DNA from: a virus
Lineage: Duplodnaviria > Caudoviricetes
DNA length: 46,572 nt
Virus record (IMG/VR): IMGVR_UViG_3300027653_000019
Span: 1-46,572 of that record
Direction: 5' to 3' (one strand)
The notes below the pieces were generated by a model. That model had not been told where the DNA came from. It saw nothing but the letters and a program-made list of their open reading frames with translations, and did no database searches. Both the position numbers and the translations under genes were made by a program. The stretch's first letter is position 1. The number at the start of each line of letters is the position of its first letter. Shown here piece after piece: positions 15,699 to 24,531 of the stretch.

Positions 15699-16967
15699 TC
15701 ACCGACGGAAGAACGCCCCATCGACAAGCGCCTGCTGCAACGACCGAACCGTGTACGGCCCGAACACGCCGTCGACCGCGTGCCCCGTGTACCCGCGGTC
15801 GCGCAGCCACTGCTGCAACGAACGCGTCGTCCAGTAGCCCCACCGGCCGTCGATTGCGTGCCCCCGCTGTCCCTGCGCACGCAGGAACCGTTGGAGCGAG
15901 GTGATCGAATATCGCCCGAAGGACCCGTCCAGTGCGTGGGTCTTGTAGCCGTTATGCCGCAGCACGTTCTGCAAGGCGATCTTGGTGTAATACCCGAAGT
16001 CGCCGTCTACGTTGACGGTCCAGTCGGTGTGCGGCACCCGCCCTGACCGGCGACCCGATGGGGGGGCGGTCGGGCGCGTGTAAATGCGCTGCCCGTGGTA
16101 GTCCTCGGTCCACCCGCGCACGGTCATCTGCCACGACCTCGTGAGGTCGGCGATGCGGACCTTACCAATCGCGCCGCCCGGGCCGACCGAGGTCGAGATA
16201 CAGTAGCCGCCACCAACACTCAGTGCGACGTGACCGAGGCCGTGGTTCCGGTTAGCCGGATGCAGCTCCCAGAAGATCGGGACACCGGCGGGGGCGTTGT
16301 TGATGTCGCGGTGCCGGTACCTTGTCCGGTTCCACGCAATCGTCGCGGACGGGTTGCGGGCGGGGAAGCCGAAACATTCCCGCACGAACTTCTCGCACCA
16401 CCCGCCGTAGTTGCGGTTACCGATCATGCTCTGGGCGTGAGCGATACGCTGACTCACCGATCTTGCCATGCTCTCCTCCTCGATAGGGTCCGTGGCGGCC
16501 ACGAACGCCTCCCAGCCGCCGCGGTCACGCAGAATGGCCGGGCAGTCCTTGCCGTTGAAGTGATGGTGCTGGACGACGGCACTCCGGCCGAGACCCGTCG
16601 CGGCCCGACGCATCCGAAACCATCTCACGGCGAGAGCGAGGGCCGCGTCATAGTCGCCGTCGGCGTTGACGCACATTTCGTATGCCTCGCCGTTGAAGTT
16701 GCCGCCGTCGGGGTCGTCGCCGTCCCCGGCGTGCCAGCAGCGCACATCCGACTCGAACGAGCGCACGACCTCCCTGTCGTCACCCTGGACGTGCCAGGAG
16801 GCGTTGCGGACGTTGCCGCTGGCCTGGAGGCGGGCGTGCGCGTCGGCGTTCGCGCCGACACGCGGGTTAGCGGTTTCGTGGAACACGAGGAAGCGGACGG
16901 GGTTGCCCCGTCCGTAGGTTTTCGCCTCGATCACGTCCTCGCCCGCGAGGGCCAGCCGTTCCATCAC
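15699..16967 (-). CDS. Endolysin: Amidase_2 + CHAP/NlpC-like peptidase + PG-binding repeats
   Basis: HETAN, ASWH, WHAGDG, KDCP; GWCEKFV...GHVALS; four DG.(F/W)G....LQ repeats. Confidence 0.92.
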   Translation of the reverse strand: MMERLALAGEDVIEAKTYGRGNPVRFLVFHETANPRVGANADAHARLQASGNVRNASWHVQGDDREVVRSFESDVRCWHAGDGDDPDGGNFNGEAYEMCVNADGDYDAALALAVRWFRMRRAATGLGRSAVVQHHHFNGKDCPAILRDRGGWEAFVAATDPIEEESMARSVSQRIAHAQSMIGNRNYGGWCEKFVRECFGFPARNPSATIAWNRTRYRHRDINNAPAGVPIFWELHPANRNHGLGHVALSVGGGYCISTSVGPGGAIGKVRIADLTRSWQMTVRGWTEDYHGQRIYTRPTAPPSGRRSGRVPHTDWTVNVDGDFGYYTKIALQNVLRHNGYKTHALDGSFGRYSITSLQRFLRAQGQRGHAIDGRWGYWTTRSLQQWLRDRGYTGHAVDGVFGPYTVRSLQQALVDGAFFRR

Positions 16968-17212
16968 CCGTCCTTTTTTTTCGTGGCCTTCTTCACCGGC
17001 GCGGGCTTCTCAGCCGCCGGTTCCTCCGTAGCCGTCTGCTTGTCGCCACCGTCGTCCACCTCATCGTGCCGCTCAACCTTCTCGTCGAATGATTCGATGC
17101 TATCGAGGTCGATAACCTCTACGTCGGGGGCCTGGTCCTCCTCCGGTGGGGTGGGGACGGCATCTTCGATGACTTCCGCGTCCTCTTCCGCTACGGGCTT
17201 GTTGTCTGCCAT
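16964..17212 (-). CDS. Small acidic protein with a basic tail
   Basis: GAAAGG SD; ATGA overlap with the endolysin. Confidence 0.7.
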   Translation of the reverse strand: MADNKPVAEEDAEVIEDAVPTPPEEDQAPDVEVIDLDSIESFDEKVERHDEVDDGGDKQTATEEPAAEKPAPVKKATKKKDG

Positions 17213-17248
17213 GAGGGTTCCCTTTCGTTGGTGTTCCTAACGATCCCA

Positions 17249-17638
17249 TCATTCCGTGTCGGGCGATAGTGCGTCCTCGATGAGTTCGGCGGCGTCGGTG
17301 AGTGCGGCGGCCTCGGTGAGGTTGGTTGCCCGGGTGGCGTTGGCCCGTAGCGTGCGCACAGCCTCCTCGACGCGGGTGATCGTCGGGTTAGCGCGGGGCC
17401 GGTACGGGGCCTCGTTGTCGGCGTGGTCGGGGTGGGCGTAGACGTGGAAGGTGCCGCGGCGTTGGGTGAGGCGGGCGATGTGGCCGTCGCGGTGCAGGGC
17501 GGTGAGGGCGCCGGAGGTGGCGCCTTGGGAGAGATTGAGGTCGGCGGCGACCTCCCGGGATGTGGCGCCGCGCGGGCCTACGCGGGCGAGGTGGCGCAGG
17601 ATGCGGCGGCGGCGGTAGGGCAGTGTCATGGGGGTCAC
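17249..17638 (-). CDS. Winged-HTH DNA-binding protein
   Basis: GATSREVAADLNLSQGATSGALTALHRDGHI. Confidence 0.8.
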   Translation of the reverse strand: MTPMTLPYRRRRILRHLARVGPRGATSREVAADLNLSQGATSGALTALHRDGHIARLTQRRGTFHVYAHPDHADNEAPYRPRANPTITRVEEAVRTLRANATRATNLTEAAALTDAAELIEDALSPDTE

Positions 17639-17997
17639 CGGGGTCGCTGGAAGAGGGGGCGGCGCTTAGGTTGCGGTTCGCAGGCGTGGTCGGTGGCGCG
17701 GGTGATAACCCGGCACGTGTGGCAGCGGCGCGTGAACGGGCCGCCGGTGGCGGCGTCGGCTGACCAGGTGAGGGCGAGGTCGGCGGCCTCGACGGCGGAG
17801 TCAACGTGGACGGTGAGGACGCGCTCGGCGTGGGTTTCGGCGGTGACGGTGTAGCCGGTGTCGTGCTCGGCGATCCATGCGGCCCATCCGTGGCCGAGGG
17901 CGACACGTAGGAGGGTATCGACGTTGATATGTCCTAGTCCTCGGGCGGTGAGGAGGTGGGGGAGCATCCGTGCGTCCGTTCTGTGGCGGGGGTTCAC
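17635..17997 (-). CDS. Hypothetical protein
   Basis: ORF track; GTGA overlaps. Confidence 0.65.
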   Translation of the reverse strand: MNPRHRTDARMLPHLLTARGLGHINVDTLLRVALGHGWAAWIAEHDTGYTVTAETHAERVLTVHVDSAVEAADLALTWSADAATGGPFTRRCHTCRVITRATDHACEPQPKRRPLFQRPR

Positions 17998-18185
17998 GGC
18001 TGCTCCGTGGGGAAGATTTCGGCGAGGACGTATCCGCGGCCCCCGATGATGAGGGTCTTGTGGTCGTGGTATTCACGTTCGTAGTAACGGTATTCGGTGG
18101 CGGCGACGGTCCAGTGGTCGGGGCCGGTGACGTGGCGGTCCTCGTAGCCGGTGCGGTGGTGGTGGCGGATGGTGATGTCCTGCAT
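17994..18185 (-). CDS. Small early protein
   Basis: Cassette upstream. Confidence 0.75.
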   Translation of the reverse strand: MQDITIRHHHRTGYEDRHVTGPDHWTVAATEYRYYEREYHDHKTLIIGGRGYVLAEIFPTEQP

Positions 18186-18243
18186 GGTGGTCCTCCCTCT
18201 CGGCGTGTACTATCAGTATAGCGCGGGGCGGGTGGGGGGGCAA
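18186..18243 (-). promoter_or_regulatory. Early promoter+RBS cassette (TTGCCC-17-TATACT)
   Basis: Motif family. Confidence 0.8.
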
Positions 18244-18247
18244 CCCC

Positions 18248-18568
18248 TCACCACCAGATCGCCTCGTCCAGTGCGGCCCGGATGGAGCGGTACGTGCCGC
18301 CGCCGTCCATCTCGTAGTTGACCTGGGCGTCGTAGAAGCGGCCGTCCTGCCACCGGATGAGCACCCAGTGAAGATGCGGGTCGAGGCTGGCGCCGCGCAT
18401 GGCCTCGGCCACGAGCTGATCCTTCTCGTCGGGGTGGGTGGCGAGCAGGGTGCGCTGGCCGTGCCCGGCGTCGAGGAAGGTGATGGCGTACCCGGCGGCG
18501 GCGAGCCGGTTGGCGGCGTGGGCCTGGGCGGGGGTGTGGGCCTCAACGAGGTTCTTGGTGTACTGCAT
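18248..18568 (-). CDS. Small early protein
   Basis: Cassette upstream. Confidence 0.8.
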   Translation of the reverse strand: MQYTKNLVEAHTPAQAHAANRLAAAGYAITFLDAGHGQRTLLATHPDEKDQLVAEAMRGASLDPHLHWVLIRWQDGRFYDAQVNYEMDGGGTYRSIRAALDEAIWW

Positions 18569-18630
18569 GGTGATCCTCCCTCTCTCTGTGTGTGTACTAT
18601 TAGTATAGCCTACTGATGGTGAGGATGCAA
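18569..18630 (-). promoter_or_regulatory. Early promoter+RBS cassette (TTGCAT-17-TATACT)
   Basis: TATACTAATAGTACACACACAGAGAGAGGGAGGATCACC-ATG. Confidence 0.85.
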
Positions 18631-18633
18631 CTG

Positions 18634-18930
18634 CTAGGCGCGCGGATTGCAGGGGCGGTCAGGGCACCCGGCCTCGCGCACCGCCTCCATGATCTGCACG
18701 CGGCCGATCGCGCCCCGCTCCGACGGCTTCGGCCGGTTGCACGCCTTGCATACCGGCCACTCGCGGCCGCCGGGGGTGATCGCGCGGTACGTCACCGCGG
18801 CGTTGCAGCACCGCGTCATCGCGACCGGCCCGAGGCCGTCGTGGACGTCCACGCGCACGCCGCACGCGGTCTGGAACGTGTCGACGCCGCGGGCGATGCC
18901 CTGGGCGTGGGCCTCGGTGGGGTTCAGCAT
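18634..18930 (-). CDS. Cys-rich hypothetical protein (MLNPTEAH...)
   Basis: GAGAGGA SD; TRCC...CKAC. Confidence 0.7.
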   Translation of the reverse strand: MLNPTEAHAQGIARGVDTFQTACGVRVDVHDGLGPVAMTRCCNAAVTYRAITPGGREWPVCKACNRPKPSERGAIGRVQIMEAVREAGCPDRPCNPRA

Positions 18931-18977
18931 GGTGGTTCCTCTCCCGGTGGGGGCGGGGTGGTCTCCGCCGGGGGTGG

Positions 18978-19208
18978 TCAGTGGCCCTCGGTCCAGGTGC
19001 TCCAGCCGTAGCCCTCGGTCCAGGTGCGGGCCTCGGGGGTGCCCTCGTGGATCGCGAACACGGCGAGTTCGGTGTCGCCGTCCCAGGTGCGGCTGATGCC
19101 GTAGTCGCGGGCGGCGATGGCCTTGGCGACGGTGGCCTCCAGGTCGGTGCCCTCGGCGTCGAAGCGGGCGAGTCGGACAATCTCGTTGATCCGTGCGGTG
19201 CGGGTCAT
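18978..19208 (-). CDS. Small early protein
   Basis: Cassette upstream. Confidence 0.8.
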   Translation of the reverse strand: MTRTARINEIVRLARFDAEGTDLEATVAKAIAARDYGISRTWDGDTELAVFAIHEGTPEARTWTEGYGWSTWTEGH

Positions 19209-19269
19209 GGTGGTCCTCCCTCTCTGTGTGTGTACCCATAGTATAGCCCGCTATCGGCACGGATAGCAA
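19209..19269 (-). promoter_or_regulatory. Early promoter+RBS cassette (TTGCTA-18-TATACT)
   Basis: Motif family. Confidence 0.8.
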
Positions 19270-19359
19270 CCCGTCAGGCCGGGAAGATGTCTGCCGCCCC
19301 GTCATGGTGGTGAGGGGCCCGCCGCCCCCGGGCGGAGGGGCGGCGGGCCGGTCTGTGGG

Positions 19360-20370
19360 TCAGGCGAGAACCTTGTCCAGCGCCTTCATGATCTGCCGGT
19401 CGGAGGCGTCGACCCCGCCCATGGCCGCGCGCTCCATGTTCCGCTCCACCCGGCTCGCGCCCCGCACGGGCGCCTCGTGGTGTAGCCACGTGTTCACGGC
19501 GGCGACGACACCCCATGCGGTTCCCCGCCACGGCTCGACCCGCTCGTCGGTGTTCCACAGTCGATCAAGCTGGTCGATCTTCGTGCGGGCGATGGACATG
19601 CTGCGCTTCGAGTCCGGGTCCGGGTCGGTGTAGGCGAGGGTAAAGTCGCGCCACTGCTTCTTAGTGACCTCCTGCTGGACGAGGGCCTCGACCTCGGCGG
19701 CGAAGGAGTCGGCGGCCTGGTGGATGATGTGGAGGGCGTCGCGCACCTCCCCGATGCGGTTGAGTGAGTGCGCCGAGTGGCGAATCTTGAAGCGGTGCGC
19801 CACGTCCTCACCGAGCGCGACACTGAGGGTGTTGTCGCAGACGACGACCTGGCTGCCGGTCTGGTAGGTGGAGGCGAGGGACCCGTCGAGGCTGGTGGCG
19901 GCGGTGAGGAAGGGCCGGTATTCGACGCCCTCGACCTCTAGGGTGTCCTCCAGCTCGACCTGCACCCAGGCGACGGCGCCGTTTTTCAGTAGGCCCGCCG
20001 AGCCGATGGCGATATCGGCGTCGAGGATGGACTCGACGTTGCGGATGAGCCACTGGTCGTACTCGTGCGGGCGGTAGGACTGCTTGAAGATGCCGAGGAT
20101 GTCCCCGGTGTCGGAGCGCATGATTGCCTTGCGGTCGGGGGCGGTGGTGGTGAGCACGCCGTCGCTGGTCATGGCGGTGGCGGTGATTTCGCCCTCGACG
20201 GGCTTCCAGTTGAACAGGCGGCGGCGCACGTCCTCGGTGGGGATCGCGCCGGTGTAGTGGTTGGGCTCGTCGCCCTGGTTGCTGGCGCGGTAGTGCCAGG
20301 CGGTGCCGCGCTTCTCGGTGTAGCCGATGAGGACGTTCTGGTTGAGCCACTGGCTGGTTTCGCGGGACAT
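19360..20370 (-). CDS. DUF932 / TIGR03299-like phage-plasmid protein
   Basis: AWH, SAGLLKNG, TSLDGS, VVCDNTL and GTAWG...AVN motifs. Confidence 0.85.
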   Translation of the reverse strand: MSRETSQWLNQNVLIGYTEKRGTAWHYRASNQGDEPNHYTGAIPTEDVRRRLFNWKPVEGEITATAMTSDGVLTTTAPDRKAIMRSDTGDILGIFKQSYRPHEYDQWLIRNVESILDADIAIGSAGLLKNGAVAWVQVELEDTLEVEGVEYRPFLTAATSLDGSLASTYQTGSQVVVCDNTLSVALGEDVAHRFKIRHSAHSLNRIGEVRDALHIIHQAADSFAAEVEALVQQEVTKKQWRDFTLAYTDPDPDSKRSMSIARTKIDQLDRLWNTDERVEPWRGTAWGVVAAVNTWLHHEAPVRGASRVERNMERAAMGGVDASDRQIMKALDKVLA

Positions 20371-20446
20371 GGTGTTCCTCTCTCTGTGTGGGGGCATCCC
20401 CCCCGGTGTGTACTATCAGTATAGGTGCTATCGGAATAGATTGCAA
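20371..20446 (-). promoter_or_regulatory. Early promoter+RBS cassette (TTGCAA-17-TATACT) with a GC insertion in the leader
   Basis: Motif split by ggggcatcccccccg. Confidence 0.85.
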
Positions 20447-20536
20447 CTCAGGGGCGAGGTGGATCGGCGCTCACCGTGGGGGGTGCAGTCACCGTCGCAC
20501 CCGCGGCGCGGCGTGCAGGCCGCGCCGCCGCTCTCG

Positions 20537-20836
20537 TCACTTGGCGAGCACCCTGAGGGTGCGGCCTGCGGGGTGGATACCGGTGCGCGCCCCGGTTGAG
20601 GAGTACATGGCAAGGGACCCGTCGGCGAGGGCAACGTACCGCGACCGGGAGAAGATCGGCAGGCCCTGGACATGACCGGAGAACTCCCAGATGACGCCCT
20701 CGCTGGCGATCCTGGCAATCTCGCTGGCCGTGAAGGCGGAGACGCGGTGGGCGGCGGGCACCCCACGGCGCTGGTGGCGCCCGGTGTAGTTGGTCTCGGG
20801 GGCGATGTGGCGGGGGGCGGTCGTGGTCGTGTTCAT
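20537..20836 (-). CDS. Small early protein
   Basis: Cassette upstream. Confidence 0.8.
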   Translation of the reverse strand: MNTTTTAPRHIAPETNYTGRHQRRGVPAAHRVSAFTASEIARIASEGVIWEFSGHVQGLPIFSRSRYVALADGSLAMYSSTGARTGIHPAGRTLRVLAK

Positions 20837-20892
20837 GGTGTCCCTCTCTCTGTGTGTACTATCAGTATAGGTGCTGTCGGTGCGGATTGCAA
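20837..20892 (-). promoter_or_regulatory. Early promoter+RBS cassette (TTGCAA-17-TATACT)
   Basis: Motif family. Confidence 0.85.
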
Positions 20893-21074
20893 GCCCGCGT
20901 TAGTGCGGTGGCCCGTCAGCCGAAACGAAGGAAGCGCCCCCGCCGGAGGGAGAGAGAACCATCAACGGCGGGGGCGCCTCGGCAACCCCAGGTGGCACAC
21001 ACACGAGAGGCACACACAACCCTCAATCCACCCGGGGTCACCCTACCCGACCGACCACCATGCGGTCGGGAAGT

Positions 21075-21545
21075 CTAAAACCGGGGCTCAGCCCCAAGCT
21101 CCGCGGCCCACGGGTCATCCTGCTGTCCACCCGCCGGGGCACCGGACTGGAAGTTCGATTGACCGAATCCACCATCGGCCCGCGGGGTACGGGTGACCCT
21201 CGCCGTCGCGTATCGCAGGGCCGGGCCTACCTCATCGACCTGCATCTCAACGACCGTGCGCTTCTCCCCCTCGCGGGTCTCAAACGACCGCTGGACGAGA
21301 CGCCCCTGGGCGATGACACGCATACCCTTCGTCAGTGACTCGGCCACGTTCTCCGCGTACTCCCGCCAGATCGAGCAGCGCATGAAGAGCGTTTCCCCAT
21401 CCTTCCACTCCTGCGCCTGCCGGTCGTAGTTCCGGGGGGTCGACGCGATGGTGAAGGATGCGACGGCGGCGCCGGACGGCGTGAACCGCAGGCTCGGGTC
21501 CTCCGTCAGGTTGCCCACGACGACGATCTGGGTTTCATTGGCCAT
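21075..21545 (-). CDS. ssb: Single-stranded DNA-binding protein
   Basis: [22 protein letters not shown]...; actinobacterial SSB with DDPW...F tail. Confidence 0.97.
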   Translation of the reverse strand: MANETQIVVVGNLTEDPSLRFTPSGAAVASFTIASTPRNYDRQAQEWKDGETLFMRCSIWREYAENVAESLTKGMRVIAQGRLVQRSFETREGEKRTVVEMQVDEVGPALRYATARVTRTPRADGGFGQSNFQSGAPAGGQQDDPWAAELGAEPRF

Positions 21546-21675
21546 AGGTGCGTTCCTTTCGGATGAGGTTGACGGCACCGATCCAGGCGACGGCGATGCC
21601 GAGTATTTGGACGAGGCCGGGGGCGTTGGTGTTAAGGGCGATAAGGGTGCCGAGGGCGATGGTGGCGAAGTTCAT
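21535..21675 (-). CDS. Small membrane protein
   Basis: [14 protein letters not shown]...; promoter upstream. Confidence 0.65.
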   Translation of the reverse strand: MNFATIALGTLIALNTNAPGLVQILGIAVAWIGAVNLIRKERTYGQ

Positions 21676-21738
21676 GGGGGGTCTCTCAATCATATGTGTG
21701 TGTACTCGGAGTCTAGCCGATGGGTGGGTGGAAGTCAA
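21676..21738 (-). promoter_or_regulatory. Early promoter cassette variant (TTGACT-17-TAGACT)
   Basis: AGTACACACA leader after the -10. Confidence 0.75.
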
Positions 21739-21923
21739 TCCCTGCACGGCAGCGCGAACATCGCCAGCCCGCCGATGAGCATCCACAGCGACACCGCCCA
21801 CAGCACAAGCCCGAACGGGGCGAGCGCCAGCCCGAACAGGAACACGGCGATAGCGAGAACCAGCAGCAGGGCGCCAATCGGCCACGCCAGCAGCACGGCA
21901 ATCAACCGGGTCGGGCCCCTCAT
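21735..21923 (-). CDS. Small membrane protein
   Basis: Very hydrophobic; GAGGAGG SD. Confidence 0.7.
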   Translation of the reverse strand: MRGPTRLIAVLLAWPIGALLLVLAIAVFLFGLALAPFGLVLWAVSLWMLIGGLAMFALPCRD

Positions 21924-21984
21924 GGGGTCACCTCCTCTCGCTATCGTGCGTATAGCACGGGGCCGGTGGAATCCGACCCCTCGC

Positions 21985-22024
21985 GCCCGCCCCGGACTCG
22001 AACCGGGGAGTCTGCCAGCCGGGC
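21985..22024 (-). ncRNA. tRNA-like mini-element (T-arm plus short acceptor-like stem; no D or anticodon arm)
   Basis: GCCCG...CCCCGG-TTCGAGT-CCGGGG-CGGGC. Confidence 0.5.
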
Positions 22025-22032
22025 TACCACCG

Positions 22033-22764
22033 TCAGCGGCGACGGTTGCGTAGAACTAGTGCGCCACCTCCACCCATGAGCGCGAGGGCCGCGATGCCCG
22101 CGGCGATCAGCGGAGCACCCGTGGACGGAAGGCCACAGTGCTGTGCCGACTCGTCATCGGTCATCATCCGGGTCCGCTCGGTGATCGTCTTCACGAACTC
22201 CTCACCGACGACCTCCCACTCACCCCAGGTCACGTCCCACGTGAGCGTGTCCTCGTTCCAGGTCACGATCTGCGTGCGCTCTAGCGTGAGCTGGTACTTG
22301 TTGTGGCGCTCGATGACGTGGCCGTAAGCGCCCTGGCTGTCGGGGTCCGGGCAGACGAACTCGTCCTCCCACCGCCTGTCGTACTCGTGCTTCGTCTCGG
22401 TCTCGGGGTCCGGCTTGGGGCCGGGGGTGATGCCCTTGCCGAACTCCCACTCCCCGTCCAGCTTCCCGTGGCCGGTCACGTGGACGTAGGTGATGATCGA
22501 CCCCTCGGGGATGCCGAGGTCGGCCCACGACACGAACGACCCGTCCTTGGGTCCCTGGAGGTCGTTGCCCCGGACCTCGTGGAGGTAGCCGTCGGGGTCG
22601 TAGTAGTCGACGTGGATGTTGTGGTTGGTGCCGAAGGTGATGTCGTCGTTAAGGGTGATGCCCTCGGTGGTGACCGTGAACTCGGCATCCTTGGCCTGCG
22701 CGGCGCCCATCGGCGCGAGCAGGAGGAACGCTGCGGCGATGACCGCAGTGAAGAACCGCCTCAT
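22033..22764 (-). CDS. Secreted LPXTG (sortase) cell-wall-anchored protein
   Basis: Signal peptide MRRFFTAVIAAAFLLLAPMGAAQA; C-terminal LPSTG + TM + RNRRR. Confidence 0.85.
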   Translation of the reverse strand: MRRFFTAVIAAAFLLLAPMGAAQAKDAEFTVTTEGITLNDDITFGTNHNIHVDYYDPDGYLHEVRGNDLQGPKDGSFVSWADLGIPEGSIITYVHVTGHGKLDGEWEFGKGITPGPKPDPETETKHEYDRRWEDEFVCPDPDSQGAYGHVIERHNKYQLTLERTQIVTWNEDTLTWDVTWGEWEVVGEEFVKTITERTRMMTDDESAQHCGLPSTGAPLIAAGIAALALMGGGGALVLRNRRR

Positions 22765-22839
22765 GGTGAACCTTTCTGTCGGTGTTGCAGGGGAACCTGG
22801 CCAGCGATGGCCAGGGGTCAGGGGGTGTTGCGGGCGCAA

Positions 22840-23130
22840 CTACGGGGCAGTGCAGAACCAGTCCTGGTGCGAGGCGCGGCGGGCCTTGATGATCAGGTCG
22901 TCGCTGACCCCCAGGGGGTCGATGGCGTCCAGGAGCGCGTCGATGCGGGCGCCGAGTGCGATGACCTCGGTGAGGCGGGGCGCGTAGACGTCGACGCGAC
23001 CGGAGCGGACCTCGTAGTCGCGGAGGGCGGTTCGGGCCTGCCCGATGGCGTGCTGGAGGTCGGCGGAGGCGCGGGCGATCTGGTTGAGGATGGTGGCGGC
23101 GGCCTCGCTGGGGGCGGTGTGGGTGTTCAT
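22840..23130 (-). CDS. Small early helical protein
   Basis: Cassette upstream. Confidence 0.75.
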   Translation of the reverse strand: MNTHTAPSEAAATILNQIARASADLQHAIGQARTALRDYEVRSGRVDVYAPRLTEVIALGARIDALLDAIDPLGVSDDLIIKARRASHQDWFCTAP

Positions 23131-23163
23131 GGGGCCCCTCTCTCTGTGTGTACTAGCCGTATA
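23131..23163 (-). promoter_or_regulatory. Degenerate cassette (TATACG, no clear -35)
   Basis: AGTACACACAGAGAGAGGGG leader. Confidence 0.6.
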
Positions 23164-23188
23164 GCGGAATGGGCTGGGGGATGCCCCC

Positions 23189-23446
23189 TTAGACGTAACG
23201 GTGGAAGGTGTCCGGGTTGGCGACGGGCTCGATCCCGGCGGGGGCGACGCGGGCGGTGAAGGCACCGGGCGCGATGACCCAGTGCGCGGGACCGCCGGAG
23301 AGGGTGCGGATGCTCAGAACCTTGTCGCTGCGACCCAGCCCCCGCATAACCTGGCCATAGGCGGCGAGGGCGGTGGGGGCGGTTGCCCGGTATTGCGGGC
23401 CGTTCGCCCCGACGGTGGGGTTGAGTGTGATGGTGAAGGTCTGCAT
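23189..23446 (-). CDS. Small early protein (MQTFTITL...)
   Basis: Cassette upstream. Confidence 0.75.
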   Translation of the reverse strand: MQTFTITLNPTVGANGPQYRATAPTALAAYGQVMRGLGRSDKVLSIRTLSGGPAHWVIAPGAFTARVAPAGIEPVANPDTFHRYV

Positions 23447-23504
23447 GGCTCCTGCCTCTCTCTGTGTGTACTCTGAGTATAGCCTATGAGGGGAGGCCAC
23501 ACAA
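23447..23504 (-). promoter_or_regulatory. Early promoter+RBS cassette (TTGTGT-17-TATACT)
   Basis: Motif family. Confidence 0.8.
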
Positions 23505-23512
23505 CCGCCCCG

Positions 23513-23866
23513 TCAGAACAGCGGCGGATCGTTGAACACCACCCCACCGTCGTCCATCAGGAAGAACAGGCGGCCGCGCCAGTCCCGCATCGGAATGTGC
23601 CGCGGATCATCGCCGGAGTAGATCAGCCAGCCCTCCTCACGGGCCGCCTCACGGTTCGACTCCACCCAGCCGTGGCAGCCCGTCGTTCCTGACCCGCACA
23701 GCGATACGATGTTGCTCAACCGGTCGGCGTCCCCCCGGTTCGCGCCCCCCATGCCCCGGGGCTTGCGATGGTGACGGGAGGACATGCCGCCGTAGAGGCT
23801 CACCCCGCAGCGACGGCACCGTCCACCGTCACGCTCATCGACTGCCCGCCGGGTTGAGGGTTTCAT
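23513..23866 (-). CDS. HNH endonuclease
   Basis: RDGGRCRRC, HHRKPRGMGG, N...LCGSGTTGCH. Confidence 0.9.
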   Translation of the reverse strand: MKPSTRRAVDERDGGRCRRCGVSLYGGMSSRHHRKPRGMGGANRGDADRLSNIVSLCGSGTTGCHGWVESNREAAREEGWLIYSGDDPRHIPMRDWRGRLFFLMDDGGVVFNDPPLF

Positions 23867-24111
23867 GACAGCGGAAACTCGCGGGAGTGGACGACCGTCG
23901 CACCCAGCCGTAGCCCTTCAAGGAAGCTGCGCAGCGCGACCGCGTTCAGGCCAGCCATGATGTCCTGGGATTGAATGGCGGCGGCGTCGGCCTGCTCGCT
24001 GAGTCCCGCCATGTCGGCGATGAGCTGTTCAAGCGCGGCGGGTGCCGATAGGCCCTCGACACGCCTGAGGGCCTCCTCCCTCATTTCGTGGAATGACTCC
24101 TCCGGGTACAT
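23863..24111 (-). CDS. Hypothetical protein
   Basis: AGGAG SD; ATGA overlap. Confidence 0.7.
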   Translation of the reverse strand: MYPEESFHEMREEALRRVEGLSAPAALEQLIADMAGLSEQADAAAIQSQDIMAGLNAVALRSFLEGLRLGATVVHSREFPLS

Positions 24112-24132
24112 GGCATCTCCTAGCGGTAGCGG

Positions 24133-24531
24133 CTATTCGGCGGGGGTGAGAGTGAGGGTGATGCGGCGTAAAGGTCTGCGGGCCGGGCCGGTGATGGTGA
24201 GGTTAGGGCCGCGCATGAACGATTCCCTGCGTACATGCGTGTCATCGTCCTCCGCAAGCAGCCCGGCCTTGACGAGCCCATCAAGGAGGCGTTTCGTTGT
24301 CGGCTGGGCGTTGGCGGCGTCGGCCTTCCCCGTGCCCTTCGCGTAGTGGACGGTCCACAGGGCCTCCACAGGTGGGGTGATCGTGCGGGGGCCGAGCTGG
24401 GCGCGGGCCGTCCACCCGGCGAGCGCGTGCAACTCAAGGGCGATGCGGTGGAGGTGGTTACGGTTACGTGGTAGCCGGTTGGAGGACAGCCACAGGTCCG
24501 CGGGGATGTCGAAATGTACTGTCGCCGTCAT
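24133..24531 (-). CDS. rusA: RusA-like Holliday junction resolvase
   Basis: D..N...T.K.L.DGL..AG...DD motif. Confidence 0.8.
   Translation of the reverse strand: MTATVHFDIPADLWLSSNRLPRNRNHLHRIALELHALAGWTARAQLGPRTITPPVEALWTVHYAKGTGKADAANAQPTTKRLLDGLVKAGLLAEDDDTHVRRESFMRGPNLTITGPARRPLRRITLTLTPAE

Noticed and set aside
21959-22035. Complete tRNA gene
   Set aside because: Only a T-arm and short stem; no room for D and anticodon arms, no CCA
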